Counted from the first letter of the stretch, positions 1 to 8,975 are shown. The stretch is DNA of 12,167 nt from Armatimonadota bacterium (GCA_034722055.1 JAYENL010000083.1:1-12167), one strand, 5' to 3'. Numbers and translations: made by a program. The notes: generated by a model not told the origin, from the sequence alone.

Positions 1-109
1 CCGCCCCGAGCTTCGCTCGGGCCACCCCCCTCCCTGGCGCCACAGACGACGTGGCGCAGGCGGGAGGGGGGAGCGGCCGACGCGGGGTCAGTCGTCGGAG
101 GGGCCGTCC
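1..109. repeat. Palindromic repeat module A (REP/RIME-like), direct copy of 12060-12167; probably truncated by the window start
   Basis: Manual alignment with 12060-12167 gives about 6 substitutions plus 1 indel; 74-109 is identical to 12132-12167. It contains hairpins CCCGAGC-ttc-GCTCGGG and GCGCCAC-agacgac-GTGGCGC, the latter nested in CCCCCTCCC...GGGAGGGGG. Confidence 0.9.
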
Positions 110-249
110 TGAGAGCGGCTGCGCAGCAGTCGCACGAAGTCGGCCCCGCCGTGCCATGTTGGGGAGCGCGCGCCCTGAGCGGCGCATGTTGCATAGGCGG
201 CTCAGAGCGGGCCTTCGGCCCGCAGGCGGGCGCGGGCGCCCGCCTCCCA
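96..249. repeat. Additional palindromic modules (nested hairpins, REP-doublet-like)
   Basis: CGGAGGGGCCG (96-106) / CGGCCCCGCCG (141-151) encloses GCGGCTGC-gca-GCAGTCGC. Imperfect IR 160-175 / 234-249. Hairpins GCGGGCC-ttc-GGCCCGC (207-223) and AGGCGGGCGC-gg-GCGCCCGCCT (224-245). Confidence 0.65.
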
Positions 250-265
250 GGATAAGGGTTGCCGC

Positions 266-500
266 TGTGGGCCTCGTCCACAGGCCGTTGGCGTTGTGCC
301 CCTCTCTCGGCGCCGAGACGTCGTACGGAGCGCCGGGCAGCCCTGCCCGCCGGCTGTTTGCCGTTGCCGTTCTCCCCCTCTCCCGCCTGCGGCCAAGCCG
401 CCAGGGAGAGGGGAGTGGAGTTTGCGACGCAAACTCCGAGGGGTGAGGCCCTCCATCGCGTCCGACTCCCTCCACCTTCATCCACCAGCGGGGAAGGGTT
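266..500. repeat. Palindromic repeat modules C (266-290) and B (361-450), copies of 11935-11959 and 11954-12042, followed by a degenerate inverted half (~449-500)
   Basis: 361-450 vs 11954-12042 differ by one C in a C-run and one loop base. Structure is CCCCTCTCCC...GGGAGAGGGG, then GGAGTTTGC-gac-GCAAACTCC (417-437), then GGGGTGAGG. 266-290 matches 11935-11959 with 2 substitutions. Confidence 0.9.
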
Positions 501-569
501 CGCGGCGAGCGCGTGGAATCTGCCCGCACCAGTCGTGACCGAGACCCGACGCATCGAGGAGAGGCTGAC

Positions 570-1592
570 ATGGAGAAGCTCAGGGTCGCCATGGTCGGTG
601 CCGGCGGCCGCGGCATGAGTCACATCAGGTCCATCGCTGGCGCGCCCAACATCGAGTTCGTCGCCATCTGCGACCTCATCGAGGAGGTGGGCCAGCCCGT
701 CGCCGAGGAGTTCGGCGTGGACTACGTGCCGAACATCGAGACGCTGCTGGCGGACTATGAGATCAAGGCCGTGGGGCTCTGCGTGCAGACCCCCCACCAC
801 TACGAGACGGCCATGCCGGTCATCGAGGCGGGCAAGCACCTCCTGACCGAGAAGCCCATGGCAAGCTCCATCGCGCAGGCGAGGGAGATGATGGAGGAGG
901 TCGAGCGGCGAGGCCTGGTCGCCGCCATCTCCTACCAGCTCCGCTTCGGCCCGGTCTTCCGGAAGATGAAGGAGATCTGCGAGCGGATCGACCCCCTGCA
1001 GGTGCTCTTCGCGCGCCAGCGGGGGATGCTCAAGGACAAGTATCTCAGCCCTGCGCCCTTCGACGGCATCATGGACTTCATCAGCCACGACATCGACATG
1101 GTGCCCTTCCTGGCCGGCCGCGAGCCGAAGGCGGTGTTCGCCACCATGGGCCGCGACGTGTGGGCGGAGGCTGGCGCCATCGCCTACATGGGCGCTCAGA
1201 TCGAGCTGGGCGAAGGGTCGCATAAGACCGTGGGCGTCATCTCCTCGTCGATGGGCGGCGCCGGAGTGCCGCAGCGGCTCGACGTGGTCGGCAGGGACGG
1301 CCTGGCCGTGGCGACAGGCAGTGAGATCAAGTACGCCATCGGGCCGAATCCTGGGCAGGATGGCGTGCCCCGCGACGTCTGGAACGCCACCTTCGCCGGG
1401 GAGGGGCGGGACTTCACCGCCGACCTCTACCGGCACTGGGCGGACGCCTGCCTGCACCCGGACGTGGACCTGGCGCCGGCGGCCAGCTACCGCGACGGCT
1501 ACAACGCCCTGCTGCTCTCCCTGGCGATGGTGGAGTCCGGCGAGAGCGGCGAGGTCATCGATCTGGCGGAGTTCGCCGAGGCCAGCGCGTAG
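570..1592 (+). CDS. Gfo/Idh/MocA family NAD(P)-dependent oxidoreductase (340 aa)
   Basis: Rossmann start LRVAMVGAGGRG, TPHHYE...AGKHLLTEKPMA (EKP motif), catalytic DFISHDID (DxxxHxxD). ATG at 570 follows SD-like GAGGAG (556-561), so it is preferred over the 513 start. Confidence 0.92.
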   Translation: MEKLRVAMVGAGGRGMSHIRSIAGAPNIEFVAICDLIEEVGQPVAEEFGVDYVPNIETLLADYEIKAVGLCVQTPHHYETAMPVIEAGKHLLTEKPMASSIAQAREMMEEVERRGLVAAISYQLRFGPVFRKMKEICERIDPLQVLFARQRGMLKDKYLSPAPFDGIMDFISHDIDMVPFLAGREPKAVFATMGRDVWAEAGAIAYMGAQIELGEGSHKTVGVISSSMGGAGVPQRLDVVGRDGLAVATGSEIKYAIGPNPGQDGVPRDVWNATFAGEGRDFTADLYRHWADACLHPDVDLAPAASYRDGYNALLLSLAMVESGESGEVIDLAEFAEASA

Positions 1593-1615
1593 CCGTACTC
1601 GACGTTGTAAGCGAC

Positions 1616-1649
1616 AGCGCGGCTCGGGATGATCCCCGAGCCGCGCTAC
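1616..1649. terminator. 13-bp GC-rich hairpin between convergent genes; possible terminator or GTAG-tagged REP-like palindrome
   Basis: AGCGCGGCTCGGG-atgatc-CCCGAGCCGCGCT (1616-1647). There is no U-tract on either side. On the minus strand it begins with GTAG (1649-1646). Confidence 0.5.
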
Positions 1650-1830
1650 CGTCTCCGGTGCAGGCGGCGCGCGCAGAACCCCCGGCACGGTACATGCCTC
1701 GCGCGGCGGCGTGGCCTCATCCCCACACCGGTCAGAACCCGGACCAGCCCTCTGCCGCGATCTCGCCGCAGCGCAGGGCGTCCTCGGAGGTGCCGAGGCG
1801 GATGACCGGCTTCGATGTCGCGCCGGCCAC
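1650..1830 (-). pseudogene. Probable degraded GNAT acetyltransferase remnant (N- and C-terminal motifs joined, middle missing)
   Basis: GTG at 1830, 1 nt after the upstream stop, reads MAGATSKPVIRLGTSEDALRCGEIAAEGWSGF* (GNAT-like IRxxTxED...IA..W). The same frame, after two stops, gives GHAAARGMYRAGG (from 1716), resembling the GNAT C-terminal GHAPARxxYxKxGF; RVLTG lies just before it in a shifted frame. Confidence 0.45.
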
Positions 1831-1831
1831 C

Positions 1832-2398
1832 TCACTCGACGGGCTGGACGACGAGGTCATCGAAGCGCACAACGAACTCCGCGTCGGTCTCGGTATTCAG
1901 CACGCCGGTGTCCCCGTTGGTCTCCAGCCGCACGGTGGCGTTCGCAGCGTCGGCGGGCGCAGTGACCGTCGCGGTGAGCTGCTTCCAGTCGAAGGTCCCG
2001 CCGGCGTGCTCGGTGTCGTCCTTGATCTTCTCCTCGCTGGCCACCCCGGGCAGGCCGCTCCACCAGTGCACCCGAGCGTAGACCATGTCCTCAGGTGCCC
2101 CCTCAGCGGTGGCCCATACGGAGATCCGGTACTGCTTGCCCGGCTCTACCTCGAAGGCCGGGCTGCGGGCGAAGCCGCGGGCGCTCTCACCGAGGTCGAT
2201 ACGCAGCGAGGTCTCGCCGCTGTGCACGTTCTCCGTGCACTCCACGAACTCCGCCGGTGCGACGATCACGTCGGTGAGCCAGCCCTCCAGACCGCTCTCA
2301 AAGCCCCCGTTTGCCACCAGGTTGTCCTGCAGGTTGCCCTGGGCGAGACACATGGCGGGGACAACTCCTGCGAGCACAATGGCTGTCACGAGACGCAT
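1832..2398 (-). CDS. Secreted protein with a galactose-binding-like / CBM4_9-like carbohydrate-binding domain (188 aa)
   Basis: Signal-peptide-like MRLVTAIVLAGVVPAMCLA. NLVANGGFESGLEGW, HSGETSL, VEPGKQYRISVW, GTFDWKQLTATVTAP and VRFDDLVV are typical of this fold. GGAGG SD upstream. Confidence 0.8.
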   Translation of the reverse strand: MRLVTAIVLAGVVPAMCLAQGNLQDNLVANGGFESGLEGWLTDVIVAPAEFVECTENVHSGETSLRIDLGESARGFARSPAFEVEPGKQYRISVWATAEGAPEDMVYARVHWWSGLPGVASEEKIKDDTEHAGGTFDWKQLTATVTAPADAANATVRLETNGDTGVLNTETDAEFVVRFDDLVVQPVE

Positions 2399-2424
2399 CC
2401 TACCAGCCTCCGCTCTGTCCGATG

Positions 2425-3690
2425 TCAGGCGCGATAGGCCTCTTCGACCTTCGCGATTGCCGCAAGCACGTCATCACAGTCCTTCGTCTCGATGGTGGGA
2501 TAGACCTCCAGCGTCACCACTCGCTCGCCGATGGCCTCGCTGACGGGGCAGCTTCCGGGCTCGTAGATCGCCTGGCTCTCGTACCACGGGCAGGCGAAGG
2601 GGCACTCGGTCCCGCCCGGCCCCAGATGCTCGGCGAACACGGGCTCGAGATGGTTGGCGAAGGAGCTTCCGCGAGAGATGGGCACACCCTCGGCGCCGAC
2701 GGCGCGCACGAACTCGTCGCGGGTGCAGGTGACCGCATCGGCGTTGAAAAGGCAGTCGTAGCGGAAGTAGGTGTGAGTGCGGTCAAGGCCCTCGGGGATG
2801 GGGTCCACGGCGGCGCTCTCCGCCAGCCCCTGGGTGAGGTAGGCGGCCAGCTCGCGCCGCCTGGCGACGGACTCGTCCAGGCGCTGGAGCACCGCCAGGC
2901 CGATGGCCGACTGCATCTCCGTCATGCGCAGGTTCCAGCCGATGCAGGTCCGGCCGCTGCTGCCCCGCCAGCGACCGTCCTCGTCCGGCTCGTCGTAGAG
3001 GATCCCGTAGTGGGCCGCGGCCCGAGCCCGCCGCGCCAGGTCAAGATCATCGGTGACCACCGCCCCGCCCTCGCCGCCTGTGGTCATGTGCTTGGTCTGG
3101 CAGAAGCTGAAGGCGGCGATGTGTCCCAGCGAGCCCACCTTGGCGCCCTGATAGGTGGCTCCATGGGCCTGGGCGCAGTCCTCCACCACCAGCAGATCAT
3201 GCTCGGCCGCCAGCTCCATGATCTCGCCCATGTCGCAGGGCCGGCCATACATGTGCACGGCCACGATGGCCCTGGTTCGCTCCGTGATGCGGTCGCAGAT
3301 GGTGGCGGCGGAGAGGTTCAGCGTCTGTGGATTGACGTCGGCGAAGACCGGTACGGCGTTGAGCCACACCGGCGCCAGGTCGCTGGCGATGTAGGTATGG
3401 GCCGGGACGATGACCTCCTCGCCGGGGCCCACTTCGCAGGCCGCCACCGCGCACTGCAGGGCCGCGCCACCGTTGGTGACCGCCAGGCCGTACCGAACGC
3501 CCACCCACTGGGCGAAGGCGGCCTCAAAGCGGATGCCGCAATCGCCCCGGTGGTAGTTCACATCGTCGGAGTCCAGCACCGCCCTCACCGCCTGCTTCTC
3601 AGGCTCCTCGAAGTGCGGCCAGGGCGGAAAGGGCTCGGTGCGGATAGGCGTTCCCCCGTTGATGGCGAGGTCGTCGATGCTGACGCTCAT
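2425..3690 (-). CDS. DegT/DnrJ/EryC1/StrS family PLP-dependent (sugar) aminotransferase
   Basis: VGPGEEVIVPAHTY, PVFADV, VHMYGRPCDM, VVEDCAQAHGA, PLP-lysine motif FSFCQTKHMTTGGEGG, GWNLRMTEMQSAIG. Start set at ATG 3690 behind GGGAGG; the ORF extends to 3711. Confidence 0.93.
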   Translation of the reverse strand: MSVSIDDLAINGGTPIRTEPFPPWPHFEEPEKQAVRAVLDSDDVNYHRGDCGIRFEAAFAQWVGVRYGLAVTNGGAALQCAVAACEVGPGEEVIVPAHTYIASDLAPVWLNAVPVFADVNPQTLNLSAATICDRITERTRAIVAVHMYGRPCDMGEIMELAAEHDLLVVEDCAQAHGATYQGAKVGSLGHIAAFSFCQTKHMTTGGEGGAVVTDDLDLARRARAAAHYGILYDEPDEDGRWRGSSGRTCIGWNLRMTEMQSAIGLAVLQRLDESVARRRELAAYLTQGLAESAAVDPIPEGLDRTHTYFRYDCLFNADAVTCTRDEFVRAVGAEGVPISRGSSFANHLEPVFAEHLGPGGTECPFACPWYESQAIYEPGSCPVSEAIGERVVTLEVYPTIETKDCDDVLAAIAKVEEAYRA

Positions 3691-3715
3691 GGTCGCTGCC
3701 TCCCATACCATGCAG

Positions 3716-5188
<1,473 letters not shown>

Positions 5189-5320
5189 CGCTCAGTTCGC
5201 CGCCGCTAGGAGATTCGCCAGCCATGCCCCACGACCCTCTCCGCGGGCAGTACGGTTGCGCTATCTCCCTGCCGCGAGGGCGATGGGAGAGATGGAAGCC
5301 GCGACGAGGAGGTCTTCGCC

Positions 5321-5347
5321 TTGTCGGTGCCGAATCAAATGTACGCT
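5321..5347 (+). promoter_or_regulatory. Possible promoter for hpf (TTGTCG-N15-TACGCT)
   Basis: -35-like and -10-like hexamers around an AT-rich patch of the divergent intergenic region. The 15-nt spacer is short for sigma70. Confidence 0.25.
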
Positions 5348-5439
5348 TCGCCCGGGCGCGGGGCCTGCGGTCACCACGGTTGCTCGCCGCGAGCGACGCG
5401 CCCGGAGGGGATAGATGCTTGGGGAAGGTGGTAAGGGAG

Positions 5440-5982
5440 ATGAGAATCGATGTCCGCAGCAAGAACGGCAGCGTACCCCAGTACTTCCTCGACCATGCTG
5501 AGCCACGTCTCGAGAGCCTGACGCAGTACCTGGACAGGCTCCAGGAGGTCCGCGTGGTGCTCTCGGAGAAGCGCGGGCGCCACACCGTTGAGATTACCGC
5601 TGAGTCGCCGCGGAACGTCTTCCGCGCGGAGAAGTCCGGTGGTGATATGCTGACGGCCTTCGACGAGGCCTACCACGCGCTCGAGAAGCAGGCCCGACGG
5701 CACAAGCGGCGGGTGCGCGACCGCACGAAACAGAGCCTGCGGGAGCTGGAGCCTGATGTGGAGCCGATCGTCGAGCGGGAGGAGAGCGAGGCGGAGGAGC
5801 CGGAGATCGTGCGGGTTAAGAGCCACGCTGTGAAGCCCATGGCGCCGGAGGAGGCGGCGCTGCAGATGGAGATGGTGGGCCACGACTTCTTCGTCTTCAC
5901 CGACGCGCGGACCGACAACGTGGCCGTAGTGTACCGGCGCAAGTCCGGGGGTTACGGTCTGATCGAGCCACACATGGAGTAG
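5440..5982 (+). CDS. hpf: Ribosome hibernation promoting factor, long form (HPF/RaiA family, 180 aa)
   Basis: N-terminal MRIDVRSKN...VEIT...FRAE...DMLTAFDEAYHALEKQARRHK. C-terminal dimerisation domain VRVKSHAVKPMAPEEAALQMEMVGHDFFVF...VVYRRKSGGYGLIEP. ATG 5440 follows purine-rich AAGGTGGTAAGGGAG. Confidence 0.95.
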   Translation: MRIDVRSKNGSVPQYFLDHAEPRLESLTQYLDRLQEVRVVLSEKRGRHTVEITAESPRNVFRAEKSGGDMLTAFDEAYHALEKQARRHKRRVRDRTKQSLRELEPDVEPIVEREESEAEEPEIVRVKSHAVKPMAPEEAALQMEMVGHDFFVFTDARTDNVAVVYRRKSGGYGLIEPHME

Positions 5983-6010
5983 GCCCCTTCCGGACGAGTC
6001 ACAGGCACCC

Positions 6011-6066
6011 CAGCGCCGTGCGCAGGGGCGGCCGGAGCCGCCCGGGCTGCGGCGCTGTTTCGTGTT
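6011..6066 (+). terminator. Probable intrinsic terminator after hpf
   Basis: Stem CAGCGCCG (6011-6018) / CGGCGCTG (6050-6057) with inner GGGCGGC-cgga-GCCGCCC, followed by TTTCGTGTT. Confidence 0.55.
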
Positions 6067-6089
6067 GACACCAGCGTGTGGAGTGCACC

Positions 6090-7886
6090 ATGCCGCGCCG
6101 CATCACGTCCCTGTGGAACCGATTCCGCCGTCGGATGCGGGTCAACGCCGCCCGCTCCAACCTGCCCCAGCACACCATCGAGGTGCTGTTGGCGGTATGC
6201 GTTGGCATGCTGGGCGCCGGCGGCGCGGTGGGCTTCCGGTGGCTGCTGGCGGCGGTCACGCGGCTGTTCCTGGGCGAGGCGGCAGCGTGGCTGGAGCCCA
6301 TCGCGCCCTATCACCTGCTGGTGCTGCCCGTGCTGGGCGCCATGCTGGTGGGACCGCTCGTCGCCAGGCTGGGCCCGTGGGCGGGGGGCTCAGGCGTCCC
6401 GGAGCTTCAGGAGGCGGCGGCGCTGAGGGGTGGGAGGCTCAGCGGCCTCCGCTGGCTCCCCAAGGCGGTGGCCTCAGCCCTCACGATAGGCACAGGCAAT
6501 TCCGCCGGCCGAGAAGGCCCCATAGCCTTCATCGGGGCCTCCCTGGCGGCGGACTTCGGCCGCCTCTTCCCCGGCGGGGAACGCCGACGGACGCTCCTGT
6601 TCGCCTGCGGTGCGGCGGCGGGGGTGGCCGCGACCTTCAGCGCCCCCCTGGCCGGCGCCTTCTTCGCGCTGGAGATCGTGCTGGGAAGCTGGGCGGCGGA
6701 GACCTTCGCACCGGTGGTGGTATCAGCGGTGGTCTCCTCGGCCATCGGCCGCCACGTCTTCGGCTCCGCCCCGGCCTTCGACGTCCCCGAGTACTCCCTG
6801 GCGACCTTCGCGGAGCTGCCGGTGTTCGCAATCCTGGGCCTGCTGGCCGCGGCGGTGGGCGTGATCTTCATCACCGCTCTCTATGGTGTCGGTGACCTGT
6901 GGGAGCGGATGGGAGTGCCTCCCGCTGTGCGCTTCATGCCCGCGGCCCTGCTGGTCGGAGCCTTGGGGCTGTGGTATCCGGGCATCATGGGGCTGGGCTA
7001 TGACACCATCTCGTCCATGCTGCTGGGACAACTGCCGGGCATCGGCCTGCTGTTGCTGCTGATGCTGGGAAAGCTCGTGGCGACGTCGCTGACCCTCGGC
7101 TCGGGCGGCTCCGGGGGCATCTTCACGCCGTCCCTGTTCATCGGCGCCATGCTGGGCGGGGCGGTGGGGGTCACCGTCCACGGGCTGGTGGCCACGCACA
7201 TCACCTCGGCGGGGGCCTACGCGCTGGTGGGCATGGGGGGAGTCTTCGCCGCCTGCAGCCATGCTCCCATCACGGCCGTCTTGACCATCTTCGAGCTGAC
7301 CGGCGACTACCGCATGATCCTGCCGCTGATGCTGACCTGCGGCATCGCCACAGTGGCCGCGAGGCACATGAGGCGCACGTCCATCTACAACCTCAAGCTC
7401 CTCCGCCGCGGGGTACACCTGGAGCTGGGCCGCGATGTAAGCTTGCTTAACGAGCTGCTCGTCAGGGACGCCATGACCACTGACCTGGTAGCGGTGCGGC
7501 CTGATGAGACGGGCCACGACGCCATGCGGCTGCTGGATGAGACCACCCACCACGGCTTCCCGCTCGTCGATGACGAGGGCCTGCTGCACGGAATAGTGAC
7601 CGCCGATGACCTCCGGCAGGCCGCCGAGGAGGGCCGCCTCGATGAGCCGATTACCTCCATCGCCACACATCGCCTGGTGGTGGTCTTCCCGGAGGAGACG
7701 CTCAATGACGCCCTCCGAAAGCTCGGCATGCATCACGTCGGCAGGGCCCCGGTGGTGGCGCCCGACGACCACCGCAGAATCCTGGGGATCATCACCGACA
7801 AGGACATCGTGGCCGCCTACAATCACGCGCTGATCCGCCAGCATACCCACCTGGAGCGGACAACCAGGCCCGAGTGGTTCGAGTAG
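6090..7886 (+). CDS. CLC family chloride channel/transporter with C-terminal CBS pair
   Basis: Filter motifs GSGVPE, GREGP (gating Glu), GIFTP and SIY. Many hydrophobic helices. CBS repeats VRDAMTTDLV...HHGFPLVDDEG-LHGIVT and GRAPVV...ILGIITDKDI. Start uncertain (6078, 6090 or 6135); GGAG precedes 6090. Confidence 0.95.
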   Translation: MPRRITSLWNRFRRRMRVNAARSNLPQHTIEVLLAVCVGMLGAGGAVGFRWLLAAVTRLFLGEAAAWLEPIAPYHLLVLPVLGAMLVGPLVARLGPWAGGSGVPELQEAAALRGGRLSGLRWLPKAVASALTIGTGNSAGREGPIAFIGASLAADFGRLFPGGERRRTLLFACGAAAGVAATFSAPLAGAFFALEIVLGSWAAETFAPVVVSAVVSSAIGRHVFGSAPAFDVPEYSLATFAELPVFAILGLLAAAVGVIFITALYGVGDLWERMGVPPAVRFMPAALLVGALGLWYPGIMGLGYDTISSMLLGQLPGIGLLLLLMLGKLVATSLTLGSGGSGGIFTPSLFIGAMLGGAVGVTVHGLVATHITSAGAYALVGMGGVFAACSHAPITAVLTIFELTGDYRMILPLMLTCGIATVAARHMRRTSIYNLKLLRRGVHLELGRDVSLLNELLVRDAMTTDLVAVRPDETGHDAMRLLDETTHHGFPLVDDEGLLHGIVTADDLRQAAEEGRLDEPITSIATHRLVVVFPEETLNDALRKLGMHHVGRAPVVAPDDHRRILGIITDKDIVAAYNHALIRQHTHLERTTRPEWFE

Positions 7887-7972
7887 GGCGCCGCAGAGGA
7901 CCCGTGCATGTCCCACATCTCGCGGGAGGCCTGCGATGGATTTGAGGAGGGTCGGGCGTGCGTTGTTCCCGT

Positions 7973-8162
7973 ATGGAGGGGCCGCCCGAGCGTAGCGAGG
8001 GTGCCGCCTGCGCGGCCGTGCTGCGCAGGCGGCAGGTTCCATCCCGGCCCGGCCGTTTCGCCGTTGGCGCTCTGGCAACGACATGGGCCGGGGTGGAACC
8101 TTCGGCCTTGGCGGCCTCACTCCTCGCGCCGCCGTGGGGGGCGCTCGGAGCGGCCCCTCCAT
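7973..8162. repeat. 190-bp multi-branched inverted-repeat element (REPIN/MITE-like, or a structured RNA)
   Basis: Terminal IR ATGGAGGGGCCGC-CCGAGCG (7973-7992) / CGCTCGGAGCGGCCCCTCCAT (8142-8162), 20 bp with one bulge. Inner stems: 8002-8034 (12 perfect bp plus 3), 8034-8050/8085-8101 (17 bp, one G-T) and 8110-8115/8128-8133. Confidence 0.75.
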
Positions 8163-8249
8163 GACGGAGAATGACCTACCCGAGCACCGCGGTCATCGGC
8201 CTCCGGGAGCGCGTAAGATATGGGTAATGCATAGCCAGAGGATGACGGC

Positions 8250-8975
8250 ATGGACGCGAGCATCTGGGCGGTGACCGCCACCTACAATGAGGCCGAGAAT
8301 ATCCGGGAGCTGGCCGAGGGGTTCCTGGCTCTCGACCGGCCGCCCCGGCTTCTCATCGTGGACGACAGCTCGCCGGACGGCACGGGCGAGATCGCCGAGC
8401 AGCTTGCCGCCGAGCATCCGGAGCAGTTCGCGGTCATCCACCGGCCCTGCAAGCTGGGCTACGCCTCCGCGCACCTGCTGGGCATCCGCCACGTTCTGCA
8501 GCGGGGGGCGAAGGTCGTGGTGACGCTGGACGCGGACCTCTCCCACGACCCCGCGGTGATCCCCACACTGCTGCGGAGGCTGCGGGAGGCCGACGTGGTG
8601 GTGGGCTCCCGCTACGTGAAGGGCGGAGCCACCGTGAACTGGAGCCCGGATCGGAGGGTCCTCAGCCGCACCGCCGGCGCGCTGGTGCGCTTGGCCTCGG
8701 GCCTGCGGGTCGCCGACCCCACGGGCGGCTTCCGGGCCTACCGGGCGCCCATCCTGCGGCTGGCGAAGTACCACCGCGTGCGGCAGCGCGGCTACGCCTT
8801 CCTCTCGGAGATGCTCTTCCGGTGCGCCCGCGCCGGGGCCACGGTGGACGAGATCCCGATCATCTTCCTGGACCGCCGCGCGGGACGCTCCAAGCTTTCC
8901 AGGGCCATCATGCTGGAGGCCGGCCTGCACCTATTCTCACTGGCCTGGCGGCGCATCACCGGCTGGCGACCGTAG
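8250..8975 (+). CDS. Polyprenol monophosphomannose synthase-like glycosyltransferase (GT2, DPM1/Ppm1-like)
   Basis: TYNEAENI, IVDDSSPDGTG, HRPCKLGYASA, LDADLSHDP (DxD), VVVGSRYVKGG, DPTGGFRAYR, GYAFLSEM, EIPIIFLDRRAGRSKLS. Confidence 0.93.
   Translation: MDASIWAVTATYNEAENIRELAEGFLALDRPPRLLIVDDSSPDGTGEIAEQLAAEHPEQFAVIHRPCKLGYASAHLLGIRHVLQRGAKVVVTLDADLSHDPAVIPTLLRRLREADVVVGSRYVKGGATVNWSPDRRVLSRTAGALVRLASGLRVADPTGGFRAYRAPILRLAKYHRVRQRGYAFLSEMLFRCARAGATVDEIPIIFLDRRAGRSKLSRAIMLEAGLHLFSLAWRRITGWRP

Noticed and set aside
51..618. ORFs 51-446, 202-456, 259-618 and 296-538
   Set aside because: They are translations of the palindromic repeats, Arg/Pro/Gly-rich with no recognisable domain.
5190..5439. 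raiA-motif ncRNA upstream of hpf
   Set aside because: The position fits and GC-rich stems exist around 5237-5295, but I cannot find the conserved raiA segments as I recall them (GGCUUAGA-GUAAG, AGCGAAAC, GGUCAAAGACC). An Infernal scan would settle it.
6090..7886. Fluoride exporter (CLC-F) with a fluoride riboswitch
   Set aside because: The motifs are GSGVP/GREGP/GIFTP rather than GNNLI/GREGT/GEVTP, and no crcB-motif GGCGAUG...UGAUG pattern lies directly upstream.
7908..8174. 88-aa ORF with an AGAGGA SD-like sequence
   Set aside because: Most of it runs through the inverted-repeat element and it has no recognisable homology. An interrupted small gene cannot be excluded.
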